DNA of 64,000 nt from Promethearchaeati archaeon SRVP18_Atabeyarchaeia-1 (GCA_037308085.1 CP147779.1:608001-672000), one strand, 5' to 3'. Shown: positions 48,631-59,444, numbered from the stretch's first letter. Notes: generated by a model not told the origin, from the letters alone. Numbers and translations are program-made.

Positions 48631-49476
48631 TTGCCAATGACCAAGATTCAGGAAGTAATGTCGACAAATAACCTTGCGGTCGAGATACCGGGAAGAAGAA
48701 AGGACGCAATGGATATCATGGTCAAGAACGGCTTGACTTGGCTACCAGTCGTGAAGAAAGGTACCAATACTCTAGTGGGCGCAGTATCCCGTTATGACCT
48801 AATGAGCAAGCCTGAGGAAGACCAGCTGGCGCTTCTCATGAGAAGGGACCCAATCACCGTGTCAGCAAATGATGACGTCAAAGATGCGGTTAAGCTTATG
48901 CTTGGTGCCAATATTGCTAGGCTTCCAGTCGTTTCCTCCAAAATGGAGCTGATTGGGGCGCTCACAGTCACCGATGTTGTCCAGAAAGTCGTCGTTGAAG
49001 TCGACAAATCGAAGATCGTCAAGTCCTACGTCGAGCGAGATATCACATGTATCTGGGAAGGTACGCCACTCCCTGTTGCACATCGCATAATGAGACTTTC
49101 GAATGAACAGGCTTTACCCGTGCTAAACGATGATGGCGAATTGGTGGGAATAATAGGTGAGCCCGATTTCCTCTCGGTGAGTGAAGAAGTCGATGAGGAG
49201 AAAGCTGCAAAGACCACTGCTGATAGCGAGGGTACGGATTGGGATTGGGATACGTCAAATAGGATCATTATCGCCAAGAGAAAACTGCGAATACCAAACA
49301 AGCCGGTAAAGGACGTCATGATCAGAAACGTCGAGACAACCGTGGAACAAGCAAGTGTGGCAGAATGCGCAATGATGATGAAGAAATATGGGATAGACCA
49401 ACTGCCGGTTCTTAACGCCAAGGGCTCGTTAAGTGGCGTCGTCAGAGATACAGACTTGCTGAGGGCGCTGATATAG
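48631..49476 (+). CDS. CBS-domain protein (four CBS repeats)
   Basis: Four LPVV/LPVL...LVG-type repeats. Confidence 0.9.
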   Translation: MPMTKIQEVMSTNNLAVEIPGRRKDAMDIMVKNGLTWLPVVKKGTNTLVGAVSRYDLMSKPEEDQLALLMRRDPITVSANDDVKDAVKLMLGANIARLPVVSSKMELIGALTVTDVVQKVVVEVDKSKIVKSYVERDITCIWEGTPLPVAHRIMRLSNEQALPVLNDDGELVGIIGEPDFLSVSEEVDEEKAAKTTADSEGTDWDWDTSNRIIIAKRKLRIPNKPVKDVMIRNVETTVEQASVAECAMMMKKYGIDQLPVLNAKGSLSGVVRDTDLLRALI

Positions 49477-49492
49477 TGCTTCTGGACCTTGC

Positions 49493-52400
49493 TTAGCTTG
49501 GCCCGTCAAAGTCCGTAAGCCTCTTCTGAATGGGAGTCTTGCCTTCAAAGACGGAAGCCAAGTTCTGCTCTATCATCTCCATTCTCTCTTCAAAGACCTT
49601 TCCGACATCATAGTCTTTGATTAATCCCTTCGCAAGATTGAAGTATTTCGTAACAGTGTTCTTTGATACGGTTGTCAGGATCTTTCCTCCACAATTCAGG
49701 CAGTGCCCAATGAGAGGAACTCTTCTGTACTTTGCATTGCAGTCTACGCATCTGAACTTCTGTGAAGTGAATGCCCTTAAGCAGCCGAGTAGGTCGGGTA
49801 TTAGGTGAGTCTGCAGAATCCTTCTTGCAACATCTGAAGGGTCGACAGCCCTGATCTTCTCCGCCAGTCCAAGTTGCGCCTTAATCTTCGCCTGCGTAGT
49901 TTTCTGTAACACGTAGGCGCTTCTCCTCGGTCCACTTGCTATTCCCCCAGTAGGATGTGAGAAGTAGAACCCCTCGTACTGTTCAGGCTTTCCAAGCCTC
50001 TTCGACACCACCTCGATCAGATCCTCCAACTGCTTTGGATCAGCGCCTTCAAGCGTCTTCTTATAGAAGGCCAGAGGATAACTCTTCATAAGATCAAAGT
50101 TGTGCGCCTCGTCGTCCACCTCCTCCGGGTCTATCGTCGTGGTGACAACGAGAGGAGCATCCATCATTCCCCCCCTGCTGCCAGGCAAAAAGGACTTCGA
50201 GAAATTGACCACCGCGTCCAACGCCAGCATGATCGAATCCTCGTCTCCGTCACAGTCGTACGTGGCAAGAGATCCAAATCCTGCCACAAAGGTCTTATTC
50301 TCCCCGTCTAACACCAAATCATAGACATAGCGTTCGTTATGCTTCGTTAATCGCTGAAGCTCACCTATCTTGACAATACTGAAATCACCGAAGTTTGATT
50401 GCTGCTCTCCCCTCATTGCACGTGACTCAACTGCAAGTGACAGTTTGTGTTTCTTGTTACCGAAAAGCAGGTCTACCATGTTACGCAGATCGGTCGAATA
50501 GTAGCGCATAGAATAGAATGTTGTCGGCTTCTTCGAGAAGTTGGTCGTCTTTGTCTCGGTTCCGAAGTGAGGGAAAAGCCCCAGATTCAAAGAAATCAGC
50601 GCCAGATGGTTTAGGAGTGGCTTGTTGACAGATGTTATTGTGAGCGATTTATCCACGTTGCCGTCTCCGGCAACCATGCCGGCTAGCAGTCCCTTCTGGA
50701 ATTCCTTTGAGAAGGTCAGGCTCTTGTCTGCGCGTTTCCCATGTGACTTCGCGCTCAACCCGAGTATCTGTCTAAATAACTCGTAATAGATCCTCCCGCT
50801 TAGTGTGGCTACGTATAACCCTCGTTCTCTCTTTGAGACTGAGGGAGTTCTACCAAAGAGAAGTCTACAGTAGCTCATGATGCGCCTTAGCACTATCCTC
50901 TCTTTGGCTGGCCATGAGACTTGGTAAACATACTTAGTGCTATCACGCTCCCAGCTAGTGCGGCTGTGACCGTCTGAAAGATACAACCCCGACAGCTCCC
51001 CCAATTCTCTAGACAGAGGGAGCGAGGCTGGAAGGCGGGCACCGTTTTTCTGATAGGAAAGTGTCAGAGACGTGCGTTTGATGTCGAGTTCCAGTTCCTT
51101 GGCTACAAAAATGTAGAGATCTAACGGGATGGAATCTTTATCTACATATCCCCAGAGTGATTTCCGCGAGATTTGCGGCTTCTTCTGCCTGACAAAGGAC
51201 GCGTAACCACCCGATCTGGTTATGGCTGCTACGATGGCTCCTTTTGCACCGTGCACTCTGATCCTCGGCTTGTCAGGGTGAGAGCTGAAGTACTGTATCA
51301 GGTCTAACTCATCTAGGTGAGCGTGCGGTGGCATTCGCGAAAGGGTAAGGAGCCTGTCGTCGGCCCTCAAGTTTCTTGCTTCGACATATCTTACTCCGTC
51401 TTGGTTTTGCACCACCATCCTGTGATCTGGTGTTACGACGATCTCCCTGCCTGTGCTTGTCAGGATTCTATACAGTTCCTTTGGTGCATCTAGTTTGATG
51501 ACTTCACGAATCCCCTTCCGAATCAAGGTACCATGTGCATCAACGGAAAGCACATGGAACTGCGTCAGATCCTCCTTCTCAAGGTCAGCGATCCTACGAA
51601 CAACAAGCTGGTTGTGTGTGTCTATTAGGAGAACCTCCTCGTTTCCTATGACACAATTTCTTCTCTTGGCTGCATGCCAATATGGGTGCGCGAAGCAGAC
51701 TGAGGTTCTTGTGAATCCGACGATTCTCCCTATTATCCCAACCGAGGTGTGTGGCGCGAGTCCTATTACAAGATGCCCTACTAGGTCTTCCTTGGAATTA
51801 GCTTGGTAGAATGGGTCTAGACTATAGACTCTTTCCAAGAGTTGATCGAGGAACCTTGATGCCCTCAGCAGATAGTCTGCGCAGTCTTCTGGTATGACTA
51901 CATCCTGAACTTTCAGTTCGAGTATCTGGTCTTCTCTCTCGAGCTTGTTGCCAAGGTAGTCTATCTCGTATCCGAGTCTAATTAGCCGATCGACGCTCAC
52001 GTTTACTTCTTTAGAGGTAAAGTGCGTGAGCGGTGCGTCGGTTGCATCATACCTTGTGGTTCCATCTTTGTATACGTAAAGGGAGTACTTCGCTCTAAGT
52101 ATTGCCTTTTCAAGAAGTTCGGGCTCCTTCCTTCTACTTGTGAGTCCCCGTACACCTTTCACTTCCTTTTGGCCCGCACCCATCCTATTTATCGCGTCTG
52201 CAAATAACTTGTGAATTTCTATCTCTCTTCTATAGTATGAACTTGTAGCTCCACCACACCTGGGGCAGACATCGCCCTCTGTCATCATGTTGCAGCGGGT
52301 GCAAGTTTTCACGATGATGGTGTTCTTACCACAGCTCTGGCATCTCTGGTAGAGCGACTCCTCACCGCAATTGAGGCACTTTCTTCTGGAGACCTCGACC

Positions 52401-54346
52401 GTGATAGATCTCTTCTCCGCCGCCTTGTTTATGCTTCTCGTTTTTCCTCCTTCTACACCAACCGGAAATAAGCCATGAACTGGTGGTTTCATTTTTCTCT
52501 CCATTGCCTTCTCAGGTCGGCCCATCCTTGCTCCTATGTAGGTCGGCGCCTTCTTTCTAAGGTTTAATCCCGAGAGTTCTCGAATCGCCTCAAGCGCGTC
52601 ACCGCTCTGGGCGCATTTTCTGCTCTCATCTAATGAAGATGTGGTTTCTAGCAGGATTAGAAAGTCTTCTGATAACTCTATTCGGTCAGGATGGCAGCGG
52701 AAAGGCACGCCGAGTGTCTCTAGTAGTAGAAGTGTCTTTTCGTCCCTCGGCAAGTGGAGAGTTTGTTCATGTTCTTCGGCACAAAGCTTCCCGCCAATGA
52801 GCAACTCTCTGAGAAACATAAGGTCACTCGTTCTTATCTCATGCCAGAAGTACGTGAATTTGGGGTGGATAGGGACTCCGAGCACCCTGGAGAGTCTTAT
52901 AGCCTCGTAGGCTCCTGGCTTTGTTATTAGAGGTTCAGTGAGGAGTCTTCTAAATCTGTGCTCCTGTATTCCGGTGAGTTCGCTGACTCTGGTCACGTCG
53001 TCCGAGAAGTTTGCCTTAATTGATTCGATTACTTCCTGGATCCACCATTCCTCGCAGTAGCCCGACTGCATTAGTGGGTGGTTATTCTCCAGGAACTCGC
53101 CGAAAGCTACTAACATATCTCCAAGAGAGATTATTTTGGCTACTTTTCCCGCGCATTCCATAGCGTCGTTTCGGGTGTTTACCGCCCTTACGCTACCATC
53201 GATTAGCTTGACGATTGGTCCTTCGATGCTATCGACGGGAAGTGCTATTGCTCCTTTGCCTGGACGTTCGACGGCAAGTTGCGTACCGGGTGCGATGAAA
53301 CCGTCCAGCAAAATCATCGTGGCGGGGTTCAGTCCAACCGCTGCGAGTCCTGTGTTCCTTGATCTGCCATACCTGAGCCTGAACCCACCAACCCTAGAAG
53401 GATATGAGAAGACTGGTCTTCCTGCGATGACCTCAGACAGATACTTTGGGTTTGGGCTGATGCTTTCCGTGTTGTCACCTTTTGTTCCTTTGTTTTTTGC
53501 TCTCAGGCTATCCAGCCACTCCCATCCTTCTTGGCCGATCTTGTCGATTATTTTTTTCAGCTTTGGCGCTTTCGAGATTATTCCATCGTTAAGTACGAGT
53601 ATGGCTCCGCCCCGGAGCCTGTTCGTTTCTATCCGGGGTAGGTTTCGATGCCCGGTAACTTCGAGGTCCTCTGTAGGCTCCCCTGCTACCTCGATCGGCA
53701 GGTTTCTTGCGGCCTTCCTTATTTCGTCGGTAGTTGAGGGATACTGGAGGTGAGTAACTTGTCTTCTATACAACTCGATTTCTTCAACAAACCTCTCGAC
53801 CTCATCTTCAGACGGTCTATACCTGTCGAGGTGGAGTAGCCTTCTTATGAAGTCTCCAACCAGCACTGTTTGGGCAGCTTCTGTTCCTCCTGCAGCCCGA
53901 ATTGGGCTTGCGAAATAGATGGCCAAGTAGTTACCGCCATCAGGGTTTGTTTTGATCTTTACATCTGCGATTCCCTCGATTGGGCTTGTCGTGACCCCTT
54001 CGTTGAGAATAGCAAGAGCTGTTCTCACCGCTTGTTCGGCAGCTTCCTCGTCGTCACCGAACTTGCGGAACTTGCCATATACGATCTCTTCAGAGATCTT
54101 GAAGGCGACTTCCTCTCTCGAGAGTCTTGTGTTCAACTCCCTAATTCTCTGGGCAACAGACTCAGGCCCAACTAAGCTCTCGACACGTGAAGCCAGATCA
54201 TGTGCCCTTGTTATTTCTGGCTTGTCACAAGGGTCCAGTCCAAGGGCGCGGGCTTTTCCGGCGATCTCATACGTCTTCTCTATCTGCTGATCCAGCAACT
54301 GGAAATACGCTTTCATTATCGAACTCGCTTGGGTCATCTTGAGCAC
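49493..54346 (-). CDS. polC: DNA polymerase D large subunit DP2, intein-containing
   Basis: PIRAAGGTE, GFRLRYGRSRNTG, GARMGRPEKA, KDGT.RYD, LAPHTS, HAAKRRN|..|CDGDED. Confidence 0.97.
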   Translation of the reverse strand: MLKMTQASSIMKAYFQLLDQQIEKTYEIAGKARALGLDPCDKPEITRAHDLASRVESLVGPESVAQRIRELNTRLSREEVAFKISEEIVYGKFRKFGDDEEAAEQAVRTALAILNEGVTTSPIEGIADVKIKTNPDGGNYLAIYFASPIRAAGGTEAAQTVLVGDFIRRLLHLDRYRPSEDEVERFVEEIELYRRQVTHLQYPSTTDEIRKAARNLPIEVAGEPTEDLEVTGHRNLPRIETNRLRGGAILVLNDGIISKAPKLKKIIDKIGQEGWEWLDSLRAKNKGTKGDNTESISPNPKYLSEVIAGRPVFSYPSRVGGFRLRYGRSRNTGLAAVGLNPATMILLDGFIAPGTQLAVERPGKGAIALPVDSIEGPIVKLIDGSVRAVNTRNDAMECAGKVAKIISLGDMLVAFGEFLENNHPLMQSGYCEEWWIQEVIESIKANFSDDVTRVSELTGIQEHRFRRLLTEPLITKPGAYEAIRLSRVLGVPIHPKFTYFWHEIRTSDLMFLRELLIGGKLCAEEHEQTLHLPRDEKTLLLLETLGVPFRCHPDRIELSEDFLILLETTSSLDESRKCAQSGDALEAIRELSGLNLRKKAPTYIGARMGRPEKAMERKMKPPVHGLFPVGVEGGKTRSINKAAEKRSITVEVSRRKCLNCGEESLYQRCQSCGKNTIIVKTCTRCNMMTEGDVCPRCGGATSSYYRREIEIHKLFADAINRMGAGQKEVKGVRGLTSRRKEPELLEKAILRAKYSLYVYKDGTTRYDATDAPLTHFTSKEVNVSVDRLIRLGYEIDYLGNKLEREDQILELKVQDVVIPEDCADYLLRASRFLDQLLERVYSLDPFYQANSKEDLVGHLVIGLAPHTSVGIIGRIVGFTRTSVCFAHPYWHAAKRRNCVIGNEEVLLIDTHNQLVVRRIADLEKEDLTQFHVLSVDAHGTLIRKGIREVIKLDAPKELYRILTSTGREIVVTPDHRMVVQNQDGVRYVEARNLRADDRLLTLSRMPPHAHLDELDLIQYFSSHPDKPRIRVHGAKGAIVAAITRSGGYASFVRQKKPQISRKSLWGYVDKDSIPLDLYIFVAKELELDIKRTSLTLSYQKNGARLPASLPLSRELGELSGLYLSDGHSRTSWERDSTKYVYQVSWPAKERIVLRRIMSYCRLLFGRTPSVSKRERGLYVATLSGRIYYELFRQILGLSAKSHGKRADKSLTFSKEFQKGLLAGMVAGDGNVDKSLTITSVNKPLLNHLALISLNLGLFPHFGTETKTTNFSKKPTTFYSMRYYSTDLRNMVDLLFGNKKHKLSLAVESRAMRGEQQSNFGDFSIVKIGELQRLTKHNERYVYDLVLDGENKTFVAGFGSLATYDCDGDEDSIMLALDAVVNFSKSFLPGSRGGMMDAPLVVTTTIDPEEVDDEAHNFDLMKSYPLAFYKKTLEGADPKQLEDLIEVVSKRLGKPEQYEGFYFSHPTGGIASGPRRSAYVLQKTTQAKIKAQLGLAEKIRAVDPSDVARRILQTHLIPDLLGCLRAFTSQKFRCVDCNAKYRRVPLIGHCLNCGGKILTTVSKNTVTKYFNLAKGLIKDYDVGKVFEERMEMIEQNLASVFEGKTPIQKRLTDFDGPS
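50255..51655 (-). mobile_element. Intein (467 aa) with LAGLIDADG endonuclease in DP2, ending in Tyr-Asp
   Basis: RRN|CVIGNEEV...TPDHRM...LSGLYLSDG...LLAGMVAGDG...YVYDL...LATYD|CDGDED. Confidence 0.93.
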
Positions 54347-54512
54347 CTGGAATAAAACGAAAGATGAGATCGCCTGACTTCTTGGGGCAGTTATCTTATT
54401 CGATCATGTTTGTTCTCAATACTGTCGTATAAGGATCACGTTGGGTATTTGTGGGGCACGAACGGTTTCTGAAAAGGAGAAGGAGGCTCGAGGATGACGA
54501 TCCTGCTGGCGG

Positions 54513-56738
54513 CTAGAGCGGCAATAGGTTGCTTCCTGCAGTGACATGCTTTCTTGATACGTCGTCAAATACTCGAGTAGTCGAATTGATGTCAACTTCG
54601 TTATTTTGCATTAGTTCCTGCAACAGTGACTTGTAGTAAGCTATCTCTTCCTCGAAGACAGACTTGGAAATAGCTTCGTACTCGATTATAGCCTTTAGTG
54701 TAGGCGTCTCATAGAGATCAATTTTCTGCCCAAGGAGGTCGGAGGTGGGATCCCACTTGAAGACATCCACTAGTTGCACGGAGCTGGATGAGAAATCCAA
54801 GCCTTCGCTTGGGGGTTCGCAACTTCCTTTAACTTCGCATATCCTTACAACTCTGCGTCTCTGGATTCCTTGGGGGCTCGTACCTACCTTCTTCACGTGA
54901 ACGATTATACCGATCTGGCGGAGGCAAATTGGCGGTATGTTGTGGTGGACGACCCATCTCACCATGGCCTGTTCTGGCGAGTCGGCGTGGCATGTCTGCA
55001 AACCTGTTAGCCCCGCTGACAGGGCGTGAAACATAGCCTTGCTGTGCGAGGCCGTCTGGATCTCCCCCAAGTAAATGACATCAGGTGTCCGGTGAAGTAA
55101 TGAGACTATCTCCCTTCCCTTGCTGAGAAATCTCTTCTTCTCTTCTACGGGCTCTACTTTGAGTCGGACCTGATGTTTTCCCAGATCCCGTTGGGGGATA
55201 CTTTCGATTGCATCTTCTATTGCGATTTTTCTCCAGTGTGGCGGTGTCAGAAGATCAAGAGCATTTATCAGCGTTGTCTTGCCTGAGCCGGGTTCTCCTA
55301 TTGCTACTATGTTTCTTCTTCTTAGTACGGAGAAATACAGGTAAGCCGCTGCCTCTAAGGACAGTGTACCGTTCTTTACCAGGGCGACAAGCGAGAAACG
55401 ATTCCTCTCGAGTCTTCTTATGTCAAGGTGGAATCCATCCGCGGCTAGTGGCGATACATCTAGGGAAGCTCTGACCATGAATTCCCGGGTTGCAATTTCT
55501 GTTTTCAAAGATGGGTTTAGACGGTCGAGGCGAAACCCGCTCTCTGCTCTCAGCCTTGTCTCGATCCTCTTAAGTTCAGAGGGGGAGGGGCACACGTTGG
55601 TCCTACACCTCCCCCACTTACTGTGATCCAGATATACGGCGGCGCCAGGCTGGTCAATGAAGAACTCCTCGATGTTCTCATCGATCAGAAAGGGTGCGAT
55701 TGACCCGATCCCTGTTGACTCGTAGCAACTAAGCCTGGCTACTGACGACGCGACATCTTGTGGGATCTCCGGAAATCTCTCTTTAATTAATCTTAGAGCT
55801 TCTCTTTCTCTTGTTTCCAGTAGTTGGTCTAGGCTAAGTAGCCCCACGTGCTTGGAGGTGGCATGGGGGATCGTTCTTATGTAGGCGGTGACTTCCGCTA
55901 CTATTCTGCTCAGAGTGCTGTCATTGTCGCTCAGGGAGGAGACGGAATAGAAATTCTCCCCTTGATCAAGGTTGGTCAACACCATTACCGTGTACGGACC
56001 AACCTGGAATTCTTCGGTTTTGCGAGGCTCGATAATCGACTTGTCGGTGGGTGGAGTCAACCTGGGGATTACGGTTGGCAGAAAGAAGTAGTTGTAGGCA
56101 GCTTCGCGATCATTCTCGTCGTAGTCCAGCCTTTGTTCCAGAAACTTGGAGATCAATGTCGCCCTTAGAAGTTCTTGCTTCAAGGTCTCCAAGAAACTTA
56201 TGCAGTTCTTCCCGCATTTAATGCATTTCTTCGTTCTTCTGTTCCAGCACCGTCTTTCAGCTAGTATACTTATGTAAGCTCTTATGGGGTCGCTCCCCAA
56301 GAGCTCTCCGCCGACGGTTTTTTGAACGAATTCTCTCCAACTCTTTAGGCATGCCTCGTAATCCCTGCATCTTGTGCGGAACTCCTTTCCCTTCAGCCTA
56401 TTGGCCTCCGTCCGGAATCTGCAGGCGATCTGTGATATCTCTTTGAGCATCGCGGACTGAGCTGCGGTGTAAACTCTTATAGAGGAGGGTGAAGCAACAC
56501 GGATCTCGTCGATAGCCTGATCGGCGGTCCTCTCACTGAGATACTCTACGATTCGAGACATGCAAGCTGGGTTGGCTGAGAGATCCGGAACCGCTGAATA
56601 GCCATCGCAGATTTCGCGTTCGGGTTTCTTGCATGACAATAGTATCCTACTTTTCTCCAGCGGGACGGCCTTTCCCCCTTGCGTTGAGGTTCCTGAAGAG
56701 ATCTTGCATAGTCTCGTTTGGCTTGTCAAGTTATCCAT
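54513..56738 (-). CDS. Type II/IV secretion (VirB11/TadA/FlaI-like) ATPase with long N-terminal extension
   Basis: GEPGSGKTT, IEDAIE, PDVIYLGEI, QTCHA, RRRVVRICE. Confidence 0.85.
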   Translation of the reverse strand: MDNLTSQTRLCKISSGTSTQGGKAVPLEKSRILLSCKKPEREICDGYSAVPDLSANPACMSRIVEYLSERTADQAIDEIRVASPSSIRVYTAAQSAMLKEISQIACRFRTEANRLKGKEFRTRCRDYEACLKSWREFVQKTVGGELLGSDPIRAYISILAERRCWNRRTKKCIKCGKNCISFLETLKQELLRATLISKFLEQRLDYDENDREAAYNYFFLPTVIPRLTPPTDKSIIEPRKTEEFQVGPYTVMVLTNLDQGENFYSVSSLSDNDSTLSRIVAEVTAYIRTIPHATSKHVGLLSLDQLLETREREALRLIKERFPEIPQDVASSVARLSCYESTGIGSIAPFLIDENIEEFFIDQPGAAVYLDHSKWGRCRTNVCPSPSELKRIETRLRAESGFRLDRLNPSLKTEIATREFMVRASLDVSPLAADGFHLDIRRLERNRFSLVALVKNGTLSLEAAAYLYFSVLRRRNIVAIGEPGSGKTTLINALDLLTPPHWRKIAIEDAIESIPQRDLGKHQVRLKVEPVEEKKRFLSKGREIVSLLHRTPDVIYLGEIQTASHSKAMFHALSAGLTGLQTCHADSPEQAMVRWVVHHNIPPICLRQIGIIVHVKKVGTSPQGIQRRRVVRICEVKGSCEPPSEGLDFSSSSVQLVDVFKWDPTSDLLGQKIDLYETPTLKAIIEYEAISKSVFEEEIAYYKSLLQELMQNNEVDINSTTRVFDDVSRKHVTAGSNLLPL

Positions 56739-56773
56739 ATCTCCATGCTTTGATGAGGGATTTGGCTAGTAAC

Positions 56774-57799
56774 TCACTTCTTGGACGCAAAGTCACAATG
56801 CTCCTTCAAAACAGAGCAAAAGTGATCTCTGAGACTGTACTCAGCGGTTCCAGTTGCCTTGGCAAGAATTCTCTGGGTCAGGGTTGGCTTGATTTTTTTG
56901 GCTTCAGATTGTTTTCTATCTGCAGCATATACCGCCGAGACTGCCAGAATGAACGGGTTGCGACCTCCTCTTGCTGAAAGGTCTAATCCCCTCAGGATAG
57001 AGAGCGCGGTAGATACGGTGTTGAACCTGTATTCCTCGGAATCTATGTTGGAGTTTTTCAACTTCGATTGGACTTCGGGCTGGGCGACGACGGAGGACAC
57101 TATTCTATTGAGATACTCTTCGCTTCTTCGTATGTGCACGTTTAAGCCTAGCTTGCCCTGAAGTGTCGGCAGTTCTCTTACTATGCTTCTTACGCTGACT
57201 CTGTGTCCGAGGCTCTTGAAAATATCAGCGAGTTCTTGAATTGTGATCGGAGCGCAGTCTTTGAATTCTCTAATTGCCATGAAAAGACACGTTGCGATGG
57301 CAATGAGTTTGTTGCTTATATCCCCGCAAAGCTTTGAGGATGTTATCTTTCTGTAATAATACGCTGCTCGGTTTCTTACATTTTCGGACAATCTTAGAAA
57401 GACAGAGACCCGATTCAAAACGCGCAGTGCATTGTAATCGGTCTCCCGTCTCTCCGTTCGCGATTTCAGGTCATAGCGATACTTCAGCCTGCGAAACAAG
57501 GCTTGCTTGTCTGACGATAGAGGCTCACCCTGGGAATCATAGAAATAGCCTTTGCTGTGATAGTCAATGTAACTACCAAGACCGTCTACAATGTGCAGTC
57601 GCTTTCCCACTGAGAAATGCGCGTTCTCACCATTATTGAGATTGTCGACCCAGCACGCGTTTGCAGGGTAATCGGATTGAGCGCGGTTCTCGGAGACCAC
57701 CAAACCGCATCTGCTACACACGTATTCACCGTTCTCTGAGACGATCTCGCCGTCACACTCAATACATCTGCCGTTGTGCTCTGACGTTTCATCCATCAA
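56774..57799 (-). CDS. Divergent TFIIB/TFB-like protein
   Basis: Zn ribbon CIEC...GEYVCSRCGLV, GLGS, two cyclin-like repeats, GRNP, LTQ..LA. Confidence 0.78.
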   Translation of the reverse strand: MMDETSEHNGRCIECDGEIVSENGEYVCSRCGLVVSENRAQSDYPANACWVDNLNNGENAHFSVGKRLHIVDGLGSYIDYHSKGYFYDSQGEPLSSDKQALFRRLKYRYDLKSRTERRETDYNALRVLNRVSVFLRLSENVRNRAAYYYRKITSSKLCGDISNKLIAIATCLFMAIREFKDCAPITIQELADIFKSLGHRVSVRSIVRELPTLQGKLGLNVHIRRSEEYLNRIVSSVVAQPEVQSKLKNSNIDSEEYRFNTVSTALSILRGLDLSARGGRNPFILAVSAVYAADRKQSEAKKIKPTLTQRILAKATGTAEYSLRDHFCSVLKEHCDFASKK

Positions 57800-58178
57800 C
57801 TTGCTTCTTCACCGATCAGATATTCTCCAATCCACGCTGCTAATCTCTATCGGGGAAACAGAGTAAGATAGAAGTTACAGCTGATCACTTTTGAAGACTC
57901 ATGTCTCTTCATTCCGGTTTCACTCCAGACAGGGTTTCACACCATTTCTCTGTTGCCCAGAGGCAGGTGTTAGAACAAGGCAAGGTAGAGAGCCAGGTGA
58001 TTCGAATCCCAAGCCGAAGAGTACGTTCATGACAAGAAATGGGTTGGCGGCCAGAGGAACAGGCAGGGAGTAAGGATGTCGCCCTGAGGTAGAAGCATGG
58101 TGTTCCGCTGATCTCCACATTTCCAGAAACGGATAGCTTTATAGATGAGGATGGTCTCTCATACTCGAAGGAGGTATC

Positions 58179-58613
58179 TTGATGCCTGAGGATCTAGCAG
58201 GTAGAAACTTCTTCAAGGAGTTAGCCTCGCTCGTAGGTTCAGTAGTTGCCGTCACGACGACAGAAGGCAAGACTTACACAGGAGAACTGAAGGGGTACGA
58301 TCCGAGTTCGCTGAGCGTTTGCTTGGCAAGCGCCAAGGATGGCGAAGGTAGGAGCTTCCATAGATTGGTTCTCAATGGCTCAATAGTAAGGCACATAGCA
58401 AAAACCGAGGAGCCCTTCGACTTGAAAACCCTCGCTAATGAGATTCAGAGGATATTTCCACCTGGGGAAGTAAAATACATAGAAGAAGCACGCGTCATAC
58501 AGGTTCTTGACAAGATCAAAGTCACAGAGTCTGGCGTTGAAGGCTCAGGACCCCTTACGGAGAGAGTAAAGACAATCTATGAGAAGTTTGTTGAACAAAG
58601 AGGCAAGAAATAG
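58179..58613 (+). CDS. Lsm/SmAP3-type RNA-binding protein
   Basis: Sm1 motif GKTYTGELKGYD plus C-terminal domain (FDL..LA..I...FP, IKVTESGVEG). Confidence 0.85.
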   Translation: MMPEDLAGRNFFKELASLVGSVVAVTTTEGKTYTGELKGYDPSSLSVCLASAKDGEGRSFHRLVLNGSIVRHIAKTEEPFDLKTLANEIQRIFPPGEVKYIEEARVIQVLDKIKVTESGVEGSGPLTERVKTIYEKFVEQRGKK

Positions 58614-58665
58614 GCGTGGCATGCCTATTCGTTGCCCATAGGACGGAATGGGGCTGTTTCGTTTT

Positions 58666-59409
58666 CTATAATGTCTTCTGGGTTCTCGAACGTCTACCCC
58701 TTCCAGACTGTCTGGCGGCAATTAACCCAACCTTCGCGCCAGGTGGAGCATTTCTTGAGACAGTGGTTGGCGCGCCTTCATGTTGGTGTTGCCCACCGCC
58801 GTGAGGATGAGACGTAATGTTCATAGCCACGCCTCTTACAACAGGCCATTTGAACGGTTTGGCAAGCATTTGGTGATACTTCTTACCAGCTTTGACAAAA
58901 GGTTTTTCAGTTCTTCCGCCGCCCGCGACGATCCCTATAGTTGCTCTACACGAAGGACCAAAGACCTTCATAGCCCCGGACGGAAGTTGCACGAGAGCCC
59001 CTGCAGCGGTATGTGTAACCACAGTTCCATAAGTACCGCCGGACTTGATGAATTTGCCCCCGTCGCCAGCCTCTCCTTCAACGTTAAAGATCGGGGTTCC
59101 CTCCGGTATGGCTGATAGTGGCAGGATATTCCCCTCGGAGAGGGAAGATTTTCCAGCTACTATGACCTGATTCAGTCGCAGACCTTCGCCTGCAGGAAGC
59201 AGTACTTGGGATCCATCCTCGAACCTTATCTCAGCAACAGGGGCACCTCTCCCAGGGTCATGAAGGATCTGGTTCACGCGTCCCCTAAGATCCGATCCAC
59301 CTTTGGGAGGTAGAGGAGGGTACTTGGTTTCGCCGACATGTTTTCTACTCGGTGCCCGGAATGTTGAGGTTCCCCTGCCTTTTCGTTGAACGAGAATCCT
59401 CTTGCCCAT
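58666..59409 (-). CDS. rpl2: 50S ribosomal protein L2
   Basis: MGKRILVQRKGRG, HDPGRGAP, VRGVAMN, HPHGGG. Confidence 0.97.
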   Translation of the reverse strand: MGKRILVQRKGRGTSTFRAPSRKHVGETKYPPLPPKGGSDLRGRVNQILHDPGRGAPVAEIRFEDGSQVLLPAGEGLRLNQVIVAGKSSLSEGNILPLSAIPEGTPIFNVEGEAGDGGKFIKSGGTYGTVVTHTAAGALVQLPSGAMKVFGPSCRATIGIVAGGGRTEKPFVKAGKKYHQMLAKPFKWPVVRGVAMNITSHPHGGGQHQHEGAPTTVSRNAPPGAKVGLIAARQSGRGRRSRTQKTL

Positions 59410-59444
59410 ATAGACACACCTTCAAACTGGGTTGCGTTTGAGTT

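Noticed and set aside
57850-58140. Intergenic region between the TFB-like and Lsm genes as an ncRNA or small ORF
   Set aside because: Only one 8-bp complementarity (CCATTTCT/AGAAATGG) and no convincing ORF; insufficient support.
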